Source: Candidatus Electronema aureum
Lineage (GTDB): Bacteria > Desulfobacterota > Desulfobulbia > Desulfobulbales > Desulfobulbaceae
NCBI GenBank assembly: GCA_004284765.1
Contig: NQJD01000021.1
Span: 8,758 to 40,757, forward strand
Direction of reading: 5' to 3'
DNA: 32,000 bases
The notes beneath the pieces are model-generated. The model did not search any database, had not been told where the DNA came from, and saw nothing but the letters and a program-made list of their open reading frames with translations. Position numbers and translations under genes: made by a program. Below, one piece after another: positions 22,357 through 31,892 of the stretch (within the stretch, counting starts at the first letter, position 1; the number at the start of each line of letters is the position of its first letter).

Positions 22357-24048
22357 ATGAAACATCTCGGAGAAATATTGATCGAATCCTTCGGCCTCAA
22401 GGAAGAAACGCTGGCCGCTGCTCTCAAGGTGCAGGCCGAGAAAGGCGGGCGACTGGGCAGAATATTGGTGCAGCAAAAAAAAATCTCGGAGGATGAACTG
22501 CTGCGGGCGGTCAGTATGCAGTTTGGTCTTGAGATCAAAATGTCACTGCCGCTGAACTCCAATCCTTTCTTCATTGAAAAAATCCCGATTTCTTTCCTCC
22601 GGCGATTTAAAATGATGCCGGTTGCCACACCGACTGAGTCCTTTATCGCCCTCTCTGATCCCTACTTTTTTCAGCAGTTAGACGACCTCCAGCGGGTTCT
22701 TGGTCTTGAGGATAGCAAAATTTGTTTAGCTCCGGCGGATGAAATCCTTGTCGCGATCAACATGGCCTACGACCGCGACAGCAAGGGCGCGGCGGATCAG
22801 GTGCTTCAAGATATTGACGAGGACGACCCAGAGGCTCTTCTTTCTGAAATCGAAGAAACCGCTGATTTACTTGATGATACCAGCGACGCACCGGTGATCA
22901 AGTTAGTCAATCTAATCCTGTCGCAGGCGGCTCGCGAAGGTGCTAGTGATATCCATATTGAGCCGTACAAGGATAAGGTCAAAATCCGTAAACGAGTCGA
23001 TGGCATTCTTTACGACATGATCACTCCGTCCAAGCATGTGCAAGCCAAACTGATCTCCAGAGTTAAGATCATGGCCAAAATGGACATTGCCGAGCGACGG
23101 CTGCCTCAAGATGGCCGGATTGAAATTCGAGTGGCTGATAAGAACATCGATCTGCGCGTATCCTCGCTGCCCACAGCTTTCGGCGAGCGGATCGTTATGC
23201 GCCTTTTAGACAAATCCAATGTGCTGCTTTCCTTAGAGCAGCTGGGCATGTCGCCGAAAGACCTTGAAACCCTGATGAAGCTGATCAAGGCTCCGCACGG
23301 CATTATTCTCGTCACCGGACCAACCGGCAGCGGCAAAACGACCAGCCTCTACTCAGCTCTGACGGTACTCAATCAGTCGGATGTCAACATCATCACCGTT
23401 GAAGACCCGATTGAATATCAGATCAACGGAATCAGTCAGATGCAGGTCAACAGCAAGATCGATCTGACCTTTGCCAACGGTCTGCGCACCATCGTTCGCC
23501 AAGACCCAGATATCATCTTAGTTGGCGAAATCCGCGACCTCGAAACAGCGGTGATGGCGATTCAGGCCGCCCTTACCGGTCATTTAGTCTTTTCAACCCT
23601 GCACACTAACGACGCAGCCAGCGCAGTCACCCGGTTAATTGATATGGGTGTGGAGCCGTTCCTCGTTTCCTCGTCGGTGAATGCGGTGATGGCCCAGCGT
23701 TTGGTGCGAAAAATTTGCTCAACATGCAAGGAGCCGTACACGCCCTCGCGTGAATCGTTAGAGCGACTCAATTTGCCAAAAGAGTTTTATGGTGCTGTCC
23801 TGCACCGGGGCAAAGGCTGTGAAGTCTGTCTACACACCGGTTATCAAGGACGGCTGGGTATTTATGAGCTGATGCTTTTTTCCGAACAGATTAAAAGCCT
23901 GATTCTGACTACCTCTGATGCCGGGCAAATCAAGCGGTCTGCGCAGGCCGATCCTGATCACCCAATGACCACCTTGCGTCAAGATGGCCTGCGGAAGGTG
24001 TTAGCTGGACAGACCACCCTGGAAGAGGTCTTCCGAGTGGCGGCATGA
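22357..24048 (+). CDS. gspE: Type II secretion ATPase GspE
   Basis: 563 aa. N-terminal T2SSE_N/MshEN-like domain. Walker A GPTGSGKTT, Asp box, Walker B ILVGEIRD and His box LVFSTLHTND are present. The tetracysteine zinc motif is CSTC...GCEVC. Confidence 0.95.
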   Translation: MKHLGEILIESFGLKEETLAAALKVQAEKGGRLGRILVQQKKISEDELLRAVSMQFGLEIKMSLPLNSNPFFIEKIPISFLRRFKMMPVATPTESFIALSDPYFFQQLDDLQRVLGLEDSKICLAPADEILVAINMAYDRDSKGAADQVLQDIDEDDPEALLSEIEETADLLDDTSDAPVIKLVNLILSQAAREGASDIHIEPYKDKVKIRKRVDGILYDMITPSKHVQAKLISRVKIMAKMDIAERRLPQDGRIEIRVADKNIDLRVSSLPTAFGERIVMRLLDKSNVLLSLEQLGMSPKDLETLMKLIKAPHGIILVTGPTGSGKTTSLYSALTVLNQSDVNIITVEDPIEYQINGISQMQVNSKIDLTFANGLRTIVRQDPDIILVGEIRDLETAVMAIQAALTGHLVFSTLHTNDAASAVTRLIDMGVEPFLVSSSVNAVMAQRLVRKICSTCKEPYTPSRESLERLNLPKEFYGAVLHRGKGCEVCLHTGYQGRLGIYELMLFSEQIKSLILTTSDAGQIKRSAQADPDHPMTTLRQDGLRKVLAGQTTLEEVFRVAA

Positions 24049-24069
24049 GATAGCCAGTCACGGCACCAA

Positions 24070-24963
24070 CTAACTTTCCCTCACCAAACGGATGTCCCAC
24101 GCTTCAGAACGACCTTCATTGTTGGGATTTTCCACAATGCGGAACTCGAAAATTCGGGTCGAGTCTTGGAAATAATAATCGCCTTCCAAGGTTGATTTGG
24201 AAAGGTGAAAGAAGACGGTTTCTGGCTTGAGTATGTGATTTTCCTGCATCCGATAGAAACGGAAAAAGCCGAAGCCACGATCAGCATTAAAATTCGCCAC
24301 TGTACCGCGTTGCCACTCGCCGGGTTCATTGTGATGAAGCTCATCTGGCTGAAAAGGCAGCAGACCGGGGATGAGAAAACCAGAAAGGAAAGAATCTGCC
24401 ACTTCGCGCAGCTCGCGACTGACATTGTTGAAGCCGATTACATCGACCCGGCAGCCCATGTTCTGCAACGCAGTGACAAGACGGATGAAATCGCCGTCGC
24501 CGGTGAGAATGATGATTCGATCTAGGTTGCGAGCTTGGAGCAGCGCGTCAATTGCCAAGTCCATATCCGCATTGGCCTTGGTGGTTACATTGCCGTCCTC
24601 GTCTTCGTAGCGGCGCACGTATTTTTTGATAATCTTGAAGCCGCACTGCCGCAGGATGTTGTGGTAAAAATAAACCTTTTGCCGATAATCCGGCTCTTTA
24701 CTGGTGCGCTCCCGATCTTCGGCTAAATAACAGTTGGCCCGCAGGAGGATGGAAGAGGGGGTGTTGGCGATATCGACCAAGACATCATAACGCATCCCGT
24801 AGCCGCCGCTCATTTTGATATTTTCTGCATCAACATATATTCCAGTTTTTAACATGACAGAATCTGGGAAAAGATTGATTAAAGGAATCTGCTTCTCTGG
24901 GAGGGGTAAAATACGCTGCGAGGAGAGACCGCTCCCCTCGCGCTTAGGATTGTTAAACGGCAT
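24070..24963 (-). CDS. NYN-domain (LabA-like PIN-fold) ribonuclease fused to a C-terminal cold-shock domain
   Basis: NYN blocks are GIYVDAENI, KANADMDLAIDAL, RIIILTGDGDFIRLV and GCRVDVIGF. CSD blocks are GTVANFNADRGFGFFRF (RNP1-like) and VFFHLS (RNP2-like). ATG 24963 is preferred. The GTG 24978 start in the track would overlap the guaA 3' end. Confidence 0.8.
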   Translation of the reverse strand: MPFNNPKREGSGLSSQRILPLPEKQIPLINLFPDSVMLKTGIYVDAENIKMSGGYGMRYDVLVDIANTPSSILLRANCYLAEDRERTSKEPDYRQKVYFYHNILRQCGFKIIKKYVRRYEDEDGNVTTKANADMDLAIDALLQARNLDRIIILTGDGDFIRLVTALQNMGCRVDVIGFNNVSRELREVADSFLSGFLIPGLLPFQPDELHHNEPGEWQRGTVANFNADRGFGFFRFYRMQENHILKPETVFFHLSKSTLEGDYYFQDSTRIFEFRIVENPNNEGRSEAWDIRLVRES

Positions 24964-24968
24964 AAAGG

Positions 24969-26513
24969 TTATTCCCACTCAATGGTGGCAGGAGGCTTGG
25001 AGGAAATGTCATAAACCACCCGGTTGACACCCCGCACCTCGTTGATGATGCGGGTGGATATTCGTCCCAGCAGATCGTAAGGCAGTTGCGACCAGTCGGC
25101 AGTCATCGCATCGCGGCTATCGACCGAGCGCAGGGCGATGACGTGCTCGTAGGTGCGACCGTCGCCCATCACCCCGACCGTTTGAATCGGCAGAAGAACG
25201 GCGAACGATTGCCAAACCTTACGGTACCAGCCAGACTGCTTCATCTCTTCCAGAACGATTACGTCAGCTTGGCGAAGGATGCGCAGTCGCTCGCCGGTAA
25301 CTTCGCCCATGATGCGAATGCCCAAGCCAGGGCCAGGGAAAGGCTGGCGATAAATAGCCTCTTCCGGCAAACCCAGTTCAAGGCCCAGCTCACGCACTTC
25401 GTCCTTGAATAACTCACGCAATGGCTCAATCAGAGCCAAGTGCATCCGCTCTGGCAGCCCACCGACATTGTGGTGGGATTTGATTGGGGCTTTTCCGCGA
25501 AAAACGACTGATTCAATCACGTCCGGGTACAGCGTTCCTTGAGCAAGATATTTCACCTGACCGAGCTTCTTGGCTTCTTGCTCGAAAATTTCAATGAAGC
25601 CGTAGCCGATTCGTTTGCGTTTTTCCTCAGGATCAGTGATGCCAGCCAGTCGGCCAAGAAAATATGCTTCAGCATCAATATCAATAACCTGCAAGTCGGT
25701 TCGTTCGCGGAAGAAGCGCAGCACACTTTCGCTCTCGTTGGTGCGCATCAGGCCGTTGTTGACGTGAATGCAGGTCAGTTGGCTGCCGATAGCCCTATGG
25801 ATCATCGCGGCCACCACGGTGGAATCGACCCCGCCGGAGAGCGCACAGATCACTCGGTCGCTGCCGACTTTGGCGCGGACTAATGCCACGGTGGACTCAA
25901 TGAACGATTGCATCGTCCACGTTGCCTCGCAGCCGCAGATACCGAAGATGAAATTGCGCAGAATGTCGGTGCCGATCAGCGTGTGCGCCACTTCCGGGTG
26001 GAACTGCACAGCGGTGAAAGGCTTGTCTGTGTGGCGCAGGGCCGCAAAAGGCGAGTGTGGACTGCTGGCAGTAGCGACGAAGCCAGGCGCGGCTTCCTCT
26101 ACTCGGTCGCCGTGGCTCATCCAAACCTGATGATGAGCGGGTACGGTTTTCAGACCACCAAAGAGGCCAGAAGCCTCGCTGATCACCAGCTCGGCCTTGC
26201 CGAATTCACGCTTTTCCGCTTTCTCTACTCGCCCACCGAGCTGCTGCATCATCAACTGTGCGCCGTAGCAGATGCCAAGCACCGGTATGCCCAGTTCAAA
26301 AACATCCGGATCAGAAAGCGGCGCGTCTTCGTCATAAACGGAAGCCGGACCGCCAGAGAGGATAATACCCGCAGGCCGCAGCTCCTTCAGCTTGGCCAGC
26401 GGCAGGGTGTAGGGATGAATCTCCGAATAGACCTTCTGCTCACGGATACGTCGAGCGATAAGCTGGGTAGTCTGCGAGCCGAAATCTAATATAATAAGAT
26501 TGTTGCTGTGCAT
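24969..26513 (-). CDS. guaA: GMP synthase (glutamine-hydrolysing)
   Basis: 514 aa. GATase domain ([27 protein letters not shown]), ATP-PPase P-loop [10 protein letters not shown], and the C-terminal dimerisation end ...[11 protein letters not shown]. Confidence 0.97.
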   Translation of the reverse strand: MHSNNLIILDFGSQTTQLIARRIREQKVYSEIHPYTLPLAKLKELRPAGIILSGGPASVYDEDAPLSDPDVFELGIPVLGICYGAQLMMQQLGGRVEKAEKREFGKAELVISEASGLFGGLKTVPAHHQVWMSHGDRVEEAAPGFVATASSPHSPFAALRHTDKPFTAVQFHPEVAHTLIGTDILRNFIFGICGCEATWTMQSFIESTVALVRAKVGSDRVICALSGGVDSTVVAAMIHRAIGSQLTCIHVNNGLMRTNESESVLRFFRERTDLQVIDIDAEAYFLGRLAGITDPEEKRKRIGYGFIEIFEQEAKKLGQVKYLAQGTLYPDVIESVVFRGKAPIKSHHNVGGLPERMHLALIEPLRELFKDEVRELGLELGLPEEAIYRQPFPGPGLGIRIMGEVTGERLRILRQADVIVLEEMKQSGWYRKVWQSFAVLLPIQTVGVMGDGRTYEHVIALRSVDSRDAMTADWSQLPYDLLGRISTRIINEVRGVNRVVYDISSKPPATIEWE

Positions 26514-26548
26514 TATGCGTCGTGTCTGTTAGGGTTGATTCCGACGGT

Positions 26549-28018
26549 TTACTGGCGTTCTGTCCGGTAATTTGGGGCTTCACGGGTGATATCAACATCA
26601 TGAACGTGCGATTCACGTAGGCCAGCAGGCGAGATGCGGACGAACTTCGCCCGCTTGTGCAACTCTGGAATTGAGGCTGCGCCGCAGTACCCCATGCCAG
26701 AGCGCAGGCCGCCGAGCAGTTGATAAATCATCTCGGCAATGGAGCCACGGTAGGGAACGCGGCCCTCGATACCCTCTGGCACTAATTTGGAGGCTTCGCT
26801 TTCCTTTTTCTGAAAATAGCGGTCGCCAGAACCCTGCTGCATCGCACCCAACGACCCCATGCCTCGATAGCCCTTGTACTTGCGGCCCTGAAAGAGGAAG
26901 ACCTCGCCTGGTGTTTCATCGGTACCTGCAAAAAGCGAGCCGATCATCACGCTACTGGCTCCGATGCCGAGGGCCTTACAGATATCGCCGGAGAACTTGA
27001 TGCCTCCGTCAGCAATGATAGGAATATGCTTCTCTTTGGCCGCTTTCACCGCGTTTTGAAGGGCCGTGAGCTGTGGCACCCCTACACCGGCTACAATCCG
27101 AGTGGTGCAGATTGATCCCGGCCCTACGCCAACTTTAACCGCATTGGCACCGGCCTCAATTAAAGCAGCAGTACCTTCAGCGGTGGCCACATTGCCCGCA
27201 ATCACCGGCATGTCCGGCCAAGCTGCCCGTACTTCGCGTACCGCTTGAAGAATACCTGCGGAATGCCCGTGCGCCGAATCCAGCACGATCACATCCACCC
27301 CTGCCCGCACCAAAGCTTCGGTGCGATCTGGCATGTCCGGTCCCACGCCGATAGCCGCGCCAACTAATAACCTGCCGCTGCTGTCTTTGGCTGACATCGG
27401 GTATTGTTTGATTTTCTCAATATCCTTGATTGTGATCAGACCTTTGAGGTTTTCTCGCTCATCGACCACCAGCAGCTTTTCAATTCTATGCTCATGGAGC
27501 AGGGCCTTGCAGTGTTCCAAACTGATGCCTTCACGGACAGTGACCAAATTTTTGCTGGTCATTACATCCTTGACCCGCAACTCACCGCTGGAGACAAAAC
27601 GGAGATCGCGATTAGTAACAATGCCGACTAATCTACCGTCTCGCAGCACCGGCAAACCAGAAATTCTGTATGAGGCCATCAGAGTTTCCACCTCGGCCAC
27701 GCTCTGTTCTTCCGTCACTGTGATTGGATCAACAATCATGCCGGATTCTGACTTTTTTACTCGGCGAACTTCCCTTGCCTGATCTTCAATCGACATGTTT
27801 TTATGCACAATGCCGATGCCGCCTGCTCTGGCCATCGCAATGGCGGCGCGGTGTTCTGTTACCGAATCCATCGCTGCGGAAACCAACGGAGCGTTGAGAT
27901 AAATCGTGTCCGTGAGCCGAGTGGCAAGGGAAACCTCCGACGGCAGAATTTCCGAAGCGGACGGGACGAGCAGGACGTCATCAAAGGTATAGGCTGGGGG
28001 TATGTCCTGGTCGAACAT
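26549..28018 (-). CDS. guaB: IMP dehydrogenase
   Basis: [10 protein letters not shown]-terminus, a CBS pair, the catalytic loop [11 protein letters not shown] and [16 protein letters not shown] 28018 is preferred because GGAG lies 8 nt upstream and the N-terminus ([15 protein letters not shown]) fits the family. The start at 28075 in the track adds 19 aa. Confidence 0.97.
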   Translation of the reverse strand: MFDQDIPPAYTFDDVLLVPSASEILPSEVSLATRLTDTIYLNAPLVSAAMDSVTEHRAAIAMARAGGIGIVHKNMSIEDQAREVRRVKKSESGMIVDPITVTEEQSVAEVETLMASYRISGLPVLRDGRLVGIVTNRDLRFVSSGELRVKDVMTSKNLVTVREGISLEHCKALLHEHRIEKLLVVDERENLKGLITIKDIEKIKQYPMSAKDSSGRLLVGAAIGVGPDMPDRTEALVRAGVDVIVLDSAHGHSAGILQAVREVRAAWPDMPVIAGNVATAEGTAALIEAGANAVKVGVGPGSICTTRIVAGVGVPQLTALQNAVKAAKEKHIPIIADGGIKFSGDICKALGIGASSVMIGSLFAGTDETPGEVFLFQGRKYKGYRGMGSLGAMQQGSGDRYFQKKESEASKLVPEGIEGRVPYRGSIAEMIYQLLGGLRSGMGYCGAASIPELHKRAKFVRISPAGLRESHVHDVDITREAPNYRTERQ

Positions 28019-28092
28019 GGGAGGCTCCTTGTTGATTGGTCGTTTTCGCCGGGCAGAGCTGGGTCTGGACAGCACGAATAAAAGATTCGGCT

Positions 28093-28121
28093 ATTTTAGC
28101 ACCGCTGGCGGACAAAAGCAA
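28093..28121 (-). promoter_or_regulatory. candidate sigma-70 promoter for guaB-guaA
   Basis: Reverse strand reads TTGCTT (28121-28116), 17 nt, TAAAAT (28098-28093), about 75 nt upstream of the guaB ATG. Confidence 0.4.
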
Positions 28122-28154
28122 ACACAGGCGTGAAAAAAGAATGTTTTTCCTTGC

Positions 28155-28946
28155 TTAGGGCTTCTTTTGTTGAGCTGGAACCGTCCTGATTTCAAAAAGC
28201 GCGGGCCAGAGCTTGCCGGTGACAAAGAGTCTATCCTGCTCTGGGTCGTGCATGATGCCGTTGAGTACCGCCTCAGCGTTGCCGTTCTGCATCCGAGCGC
28301 AAAGCTCTGAAAGATCAAGCCAAGCCGTAACCACGCCGGTTTCCGGGCTGATGACAACTATGCGACATTCTTTCCAGATGTTGGCGTAAATTGTGCCGTT
28401 GACGTATTCCAGCTCATTCAGTCGGTCAATTTCTTGCCCGTGATCGCGCACCGTGATCTGCCGTTTTTCCACCAAAGTTGTCGGATCGAGAAAATAAAGC
28501 GTTGCCGTGCCGTCACTGACAATCAGACTGCTTCCATCATGCGTGATACCCCAGCCTTCGCAGGGCCACGACCAAGTGTTGCGCAGGGCAAAGCTGCCTT
28601 TATCGTACTGAAAAATATTTTGGTTTTGCCACGTCAGCTGGTAGATGCTGTCTTGAAAAACAGTGATACCTTCGGCAAAAAATTGTGGCGCATAGTCCAA
28701 CTGTTGCTCAACGTTACCGGTGACAAGATCAATCCGGCGCAGGGAAGAACGTTTGTGCAAGCCCGTGCCTTCGTACACGCGGCCTTGATCCCAAACTAAG
28801 CCCTGTGTGAACGCATTGCGGTCGTGAGGATATTCTTTGATCACAATCGCAGCAAGTTGCGCGGGCGAGGATGTCTCGCTGTGGCAGCCAAATTGGAAAA
28901 AAAGAGTGAACAAAATTACGCAAGCCGCGCAACAAATAGTAGGCAT
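28155..28946 (-). CDS. Glutaminyl-peptide cyclotransferase (beta-propeller, plant/bacterial type), exported
   Basis: The blocks FTQGLVWDQGRVYEGTG, FAEGITVFQDSIYQLTW, EGWGITHDGSSLIVSDGTATLYFLDP, LNELEYVNGTIYANIW and ISPETGVVTAWLDLSEL match the glutamine cyclotransferase family. The N-terminus is hydrophobic with a Cys (FQFGC), so it is a signal peptide or possibly a lipoprotein signal. Confidence 0.85.
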   Translation of the reverse strand: MPTICCAACVILFTLFFQFGCHSETSSPAQLAAIVIKEYPHDRNAFTQGLVWDQGRVYEGTGLHKRSSLRRIDLVTGNVEQQLDYAPQFFAEGITVFQDSIYQLTWQNQNIFQYDKGSFALRNTWSWPCEGWGITHDGSSLIVSDGTATLYFLDPTTLVEKRQITVRDHGQEIDRLNELEYVNGTIYANIWKECRIVVISPETGVVTAWLDLSELCARMQNGNAEAVLNGIMHDPEQDRLFVTGKLWPALFEIRTVPAQQKKP

Positions 28947-28950
28947 TATT

Positions 28951-29871
28951 TTAGTTTAGATAAGCAATGATATAGCTAAAGGCCGCAATGAGGACAAAAA
29001 AGCAAAGAATCAACTTGATCGCTTTGGCCGGGACATGTTTTTGGCAGCGTGCGCCGAGATACATGCCGCAGAAACCGCCGATGCCGAAGAGAAAACCAAG
29101 CTGCCAGTCTGGGGCCACTGACATGCCCGGATAAAAGCCGGACAGCAGTTGATAAACCAGTACGCCCGCGACCGAAGTGATAAAGGTACCCATCAAGGCG
29201 GCCCCGGCCACGGCATGAACCGGCAACTGAAAAAAGGCAACCATGAAGGGCGCGATGATCGCACCGCCGCCGATGCCATAGATGCCGCCTATAATTCCGA
29301 CAACAAGGCAAAGCAGAAAAATCTTTGGTACAGAAAAGGCATAGTGCTGTCCCGCAAAGGAAAATTCCGCCCGCTGCAAGGAAAACTTAGAGTCAGTGAC
29401 TGCAAAAGCAGCGTGGTGCAATACTGTATTGCCTTGCTGTTCTGTCGCTTGTTTACGGCAGATATCGGTAAGCAGCTTGCTACCCACGTAGAGCAATACT
29501 AATCCGGCAAAAAATTTGAAGTTCTTTGGATCGGGAAGATATGCTACCCGCAGCCAAGCTCCAATGACTACGCCCGGCAGAGTGCCGATCACCACTGCCC
29601 CGGTTAATGGCCAAACCATCCGTTTTTCTTTGGCATATCGCCACACTCCGCTGGGAATGGCAACGATATTGAAGAGCTGGTTCGTGCCGCTGACCGAGGG
29701 CGCGGTATAATGCAATACGCTCATCTGGAAGGGTAAGAGCAAAAATGCGCCGGACAATCCACCCATTGAGGCGAAAAAGGAAACCACAAAGGCAGTCAGC
29801 GGCGGCAAGAAAACCCAAGTCTTCACGCCAGAAACGGGAAACGTGATATACAGGAAATCTGTTGCTGTCAT
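28951..29871 (-). CDS. TauE/SafE family anion (sulfite-type) exporter permease
   Basis: 306 aa and polytopic. Has duplicated GG-rich halves (SMGGLSGAFLLLPF; GIIGGIYGIGGGAIIAPF) typical of TauE/SafE. Its start overlaps the comF stop (ATGA). Confidence 0.8.
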   Translation of the reverse strand: MTATDFLYITFPVSGVKTWVFLPPLTAFVVSFFASMGGLSGAFLLLPFQMSVLHYTAPSVSGTNQLFNIVAIPSGVWRYAKEKRMVWPLTGAVVIGTLPGVVIGAWLRVAYLPDPKNFKFFAGLVLLYVGSKLLTDICRKQATEQQGNTVLHHAAFAVTDSKFSLQRAEFSFAGQHYAFSVPKIFLLCLVVGIIGGIYGIGGGAIIAPFMVAFFQLPVHAVAGAALMGTFITSVAGVLVYQLLSGFYPGMSVAPDWQLGFLFGIGGFCGMYLGARCQKHVPAKAIKLILCFFVLIAAFSYIIAYLN

Positions 29872-30578
29872 GGTAAGCAGTTCTGTAATTGCCCTGCAAG
29901 CCCTTCAGTAGTTTTGTTGTACACGTGTGCCCTTGCTACCGTAAAGGCTACTACCTTCGCCGCTCCTGTCTGCGACAGTACCTCAGCGCATTCGCGTAGG
30001 GTCGAGCCGGTGGTGAAAACATCATCGACCAACAGCACACGGCGACCTGCCAACGCACTGGGATTGCGAAGACTAAAGGCACCGAGCAGGTTGCTGCGTC
30101 GTTCCGCGCCGCTAAGTCCAAGCTGCGGAACTGTTGGTCGATGCCGCTGGAGTAGGTTAACCCGAATTCTGTCCTTCCAAGACGGAAAACAGGCCTTAGC
30201 TAACAGGAGGGCCTGATTGAAGCCCCGCCAGCGCAGGCGGCTGAGATGCAGCGGCACCGGCAGGATAAAATCAGGCTCTTGCAACAGGCTTTCCGCTCTG
30301 GCTTCGCGGGCAAGCGCAGCAAGAGAGGCCAAGCCAGAAAGGTCGCCGTTAAATTTTAGTCGTACCAGTAGGCTGCTGATCGGTTCTTGGTAAATGAACA
30401 AGGAACGGGTGGTACAAGAGAAGGCATCGCGCTGACTACAGGAATGAGCAAAGGGAACGATCTTGGCACGACAGTTTCCGCAGAACAGCGGCGGACGACA
30501 AAAGGGCAACTGCTCTTCGCAGCCCAAACATCGGGGCGGGAAGAGCAGGTCAAAAACTGCCTCCAGGAGAAGCCGCAC
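29868..30578 (-). CDS. comF: ComF-family phosphoribosyltransferase-domain protein
   Basis: N-terminal zinc-finger-like LLFPPRCLGCEEQ...CGNCRAKI. The C-terminal PRTase motif is VLLVDDVFTTGSTLRECAEVL. GTG start lies 4 nt after the icd stop. Confidence 0.8.
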   Translation of the reverse strand: MRLLLEAVFDLLFPPRCLGCEEQLPFCRPPLFCGNCRAKIVPFAHSCSQRDAFSCTTRSLFIYQEPISSLLVRLKFNGDLSGLASLAALAREARAESLLQEPDFILPVPLHLSRLRWRGFNQALLLAKACFPSWKDRIRVNLLQRHRPTVPQLGLSGAERRSNLLGAFSLRNPSALAGRRVLLVDDVFTTGSTLRECAEVLSQTGAAKVVAFTVARAHVYNKTTEGLAGQLQNCLP

Positions 30579-30582
30579 TTCC

Positions 30583-31797
30583 TCAGTTCATTGCTACCCG
30601 CAGGTTCGCGTCTAATTTCGCCAAAAATTCCTCAGTGGTCAGCCAAGGCTGATTTTTGCTGATCAACAGAGCCAAATCCTTGGTCATAAAGCCAGATTCC
30701 ACTGTTTCGACGCAGACCCGTTCCAGCGTCTCGGCAAAACGCATCACCTCTGGGGTGTTGTCAAACTTGCCCCGATAATATAAGCCCCGCGTCCAGGCAA
30801 AAATGGAGGCAATCGGGTTGGTTGAAGTCTTGTTGCCCTTCTGATGCTCGCGATAGTGGCGGGTGACCGTACCGTGCGCGGCCTCGGCCTCAATGGTCTG
30901 GCCGTCCTCAGTCATCAGCACCGAGGTCATCAGGCCGAGCGAGCCGAAGCCCTGCGCCACTGTGTCCGACTGCACGTCGCCGTCATAGTTCTTGCAGGCC
31001 CAGACAAAGCCGCCCTCCCACTTCAGGGCTGCGGCCACCATGTCGTCAATCAGGCGGTGCTCGTAGCTGATGCCTGCGGCCTCGAAGCGCGCCTTGAACT
31101 CCTCCTCGTAGACCTTTTGGAAGATGTCCTTGAAGCGTCCGTCGTACTTCTTCAGGATGGTGTTCTTCGTGGACAAATACACCGGCCAACCCAGCGTGAG
31201 GCCGTAGTTCATGCAGGAGCGGGCAAAGCCCCGAATGGACTCGTCGAGGTTGTACATGCCCATGGCGCAACCGCTGCTGGGGAAGTCAAAGACCTTGTAT
31301 TCAACTGCCGGGCCGCTGTCCGCAGGCTCAAAGCGCATGGTCAGCTTGCCCGCGCTGGGCACGAGGAAATCGGTGGCGCGGTACTGATCACCAAAGGCGT
31401 GGCGGCCAATGACGATGGGTTTTGTCCAGCCAGGCACCAAGCGCGGGATGTTCGTGCAGATGATCGGCTGGCGGAAGACTGTGCCGCCGATGATGTTGCG
31501 GATGGTGCCGTTTGGCGACTTCCACATCTCCTTCAGGCTGAACTCCTTGACGCGGGCCTCGTCCGGGGTGATGGTAGCGCACTTCACGCCCACGCCGTGC
31601 TTTTTGATCGCATTGGCTGCGTCCACGGTGATCTGGTCGCTGGTCTCGTCGCGCTTCTGGATGGACAGATCGTAGTAATGCAGATCAAGATCAAGATAGG
31701 GCAGGATCAGCTTGTCTTTGATGAACGCCCAGATGATTCGGGTCATCTCATCACCGTCAATTTCGATGATGGGATTCTTTACTTGAATTTTTACCAT
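30583..31797 (-). CDS. icd: NADP-dependent isocitrate dehydrogenase (type II, eukaryote-like homodimeric, about 400 aa)
   Basis: Contains [50 protein letters not shown]-like [23 protein letters not shown] and YDGDVQSD. Length is 404 aa. Confidence 0.95.
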   Translation of the reverse strand: MVKIQVKNPIIEIDGDEMTRIIWAFIKDKLILPYLDLDLHYYDLSIQKRDETSDQITVDAANAIKKHGVGVKCATITPDEARVKEFSLKEMWKSPNGTIRNIIGGTVFRQPIICTNIPRLVPGWTKPIVIGRHAFGDQYRATDFLVPSAGKLTMRFEPADSGPAVEYKVFDFPSSGCAMGMYNLDESIRGFARSCMNYGLTLGWPVYLSTKNTILKKYDGRFKDIFQKVYEEEFKARFEAAGISYEHRLIDDMVAAALKWEGGFVWACKNYDGDVQSDTVAQGFGSLGLMTSVLMTEDGQTIEAEAAHGTVTRHYREHQKGNKTSTNPIASIFAWTRGLYYRGKFDNTPEVMRFAETLERVCVETVESGFMTKDLALLISKNQPWLTTEEFLAKLDANLRVAMN

Positions 31798-31827
31798 GAT
31801 GTCTCCGATGAGTGCGTATAGTGAAAT

Positions 31828-31875
31828 AGAATATTTATTCTGTTATTATTTTATTGTGCTTCTGCTATAGGGCAA
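31828..31875 (-). promoter_or_regulatory. candidate icd promoter with an operator-like palindrome
   Basis: Reverse strand reads TTGCCC (31875-31870), 16 nt, TAAAAT (31853-31848). A perfect inverted repeat AGAATA-NN-TATTCT (31828-31841) lies between the -10 and the ATG. Confidence 0.3.
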
Positions 31876-31892
31876 TAGAGATCTGTGAGTGA

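Noticed and set aside
12947-24048. Alternative reading of the cluster as a type IV pilus, Tad or competence pilus locus
   Set aside because: The major pilin has the GspG-specific C-terminal blocks ([17 protein letters not shown]). A GspK-type large minor pseudopilin, a GspC HR-domain protein and a GspL-type fusion are present. There is no PilT-like retraction ATPase.
25908-26489. 193-aa + strand ORF, along with the 25086..25412, 25539..25883 and 25768..26130 ORFs
   Set aside because: All are antisense to guaA, whose translation is full-length and canonical.
30844-31821. 325-aa + strand ORF
   Set aside because: It is antisense to the clearly recognisable isocitrate dehydrogenase gene, and its low-complexity A/G/V/L/R composition has no motifs.
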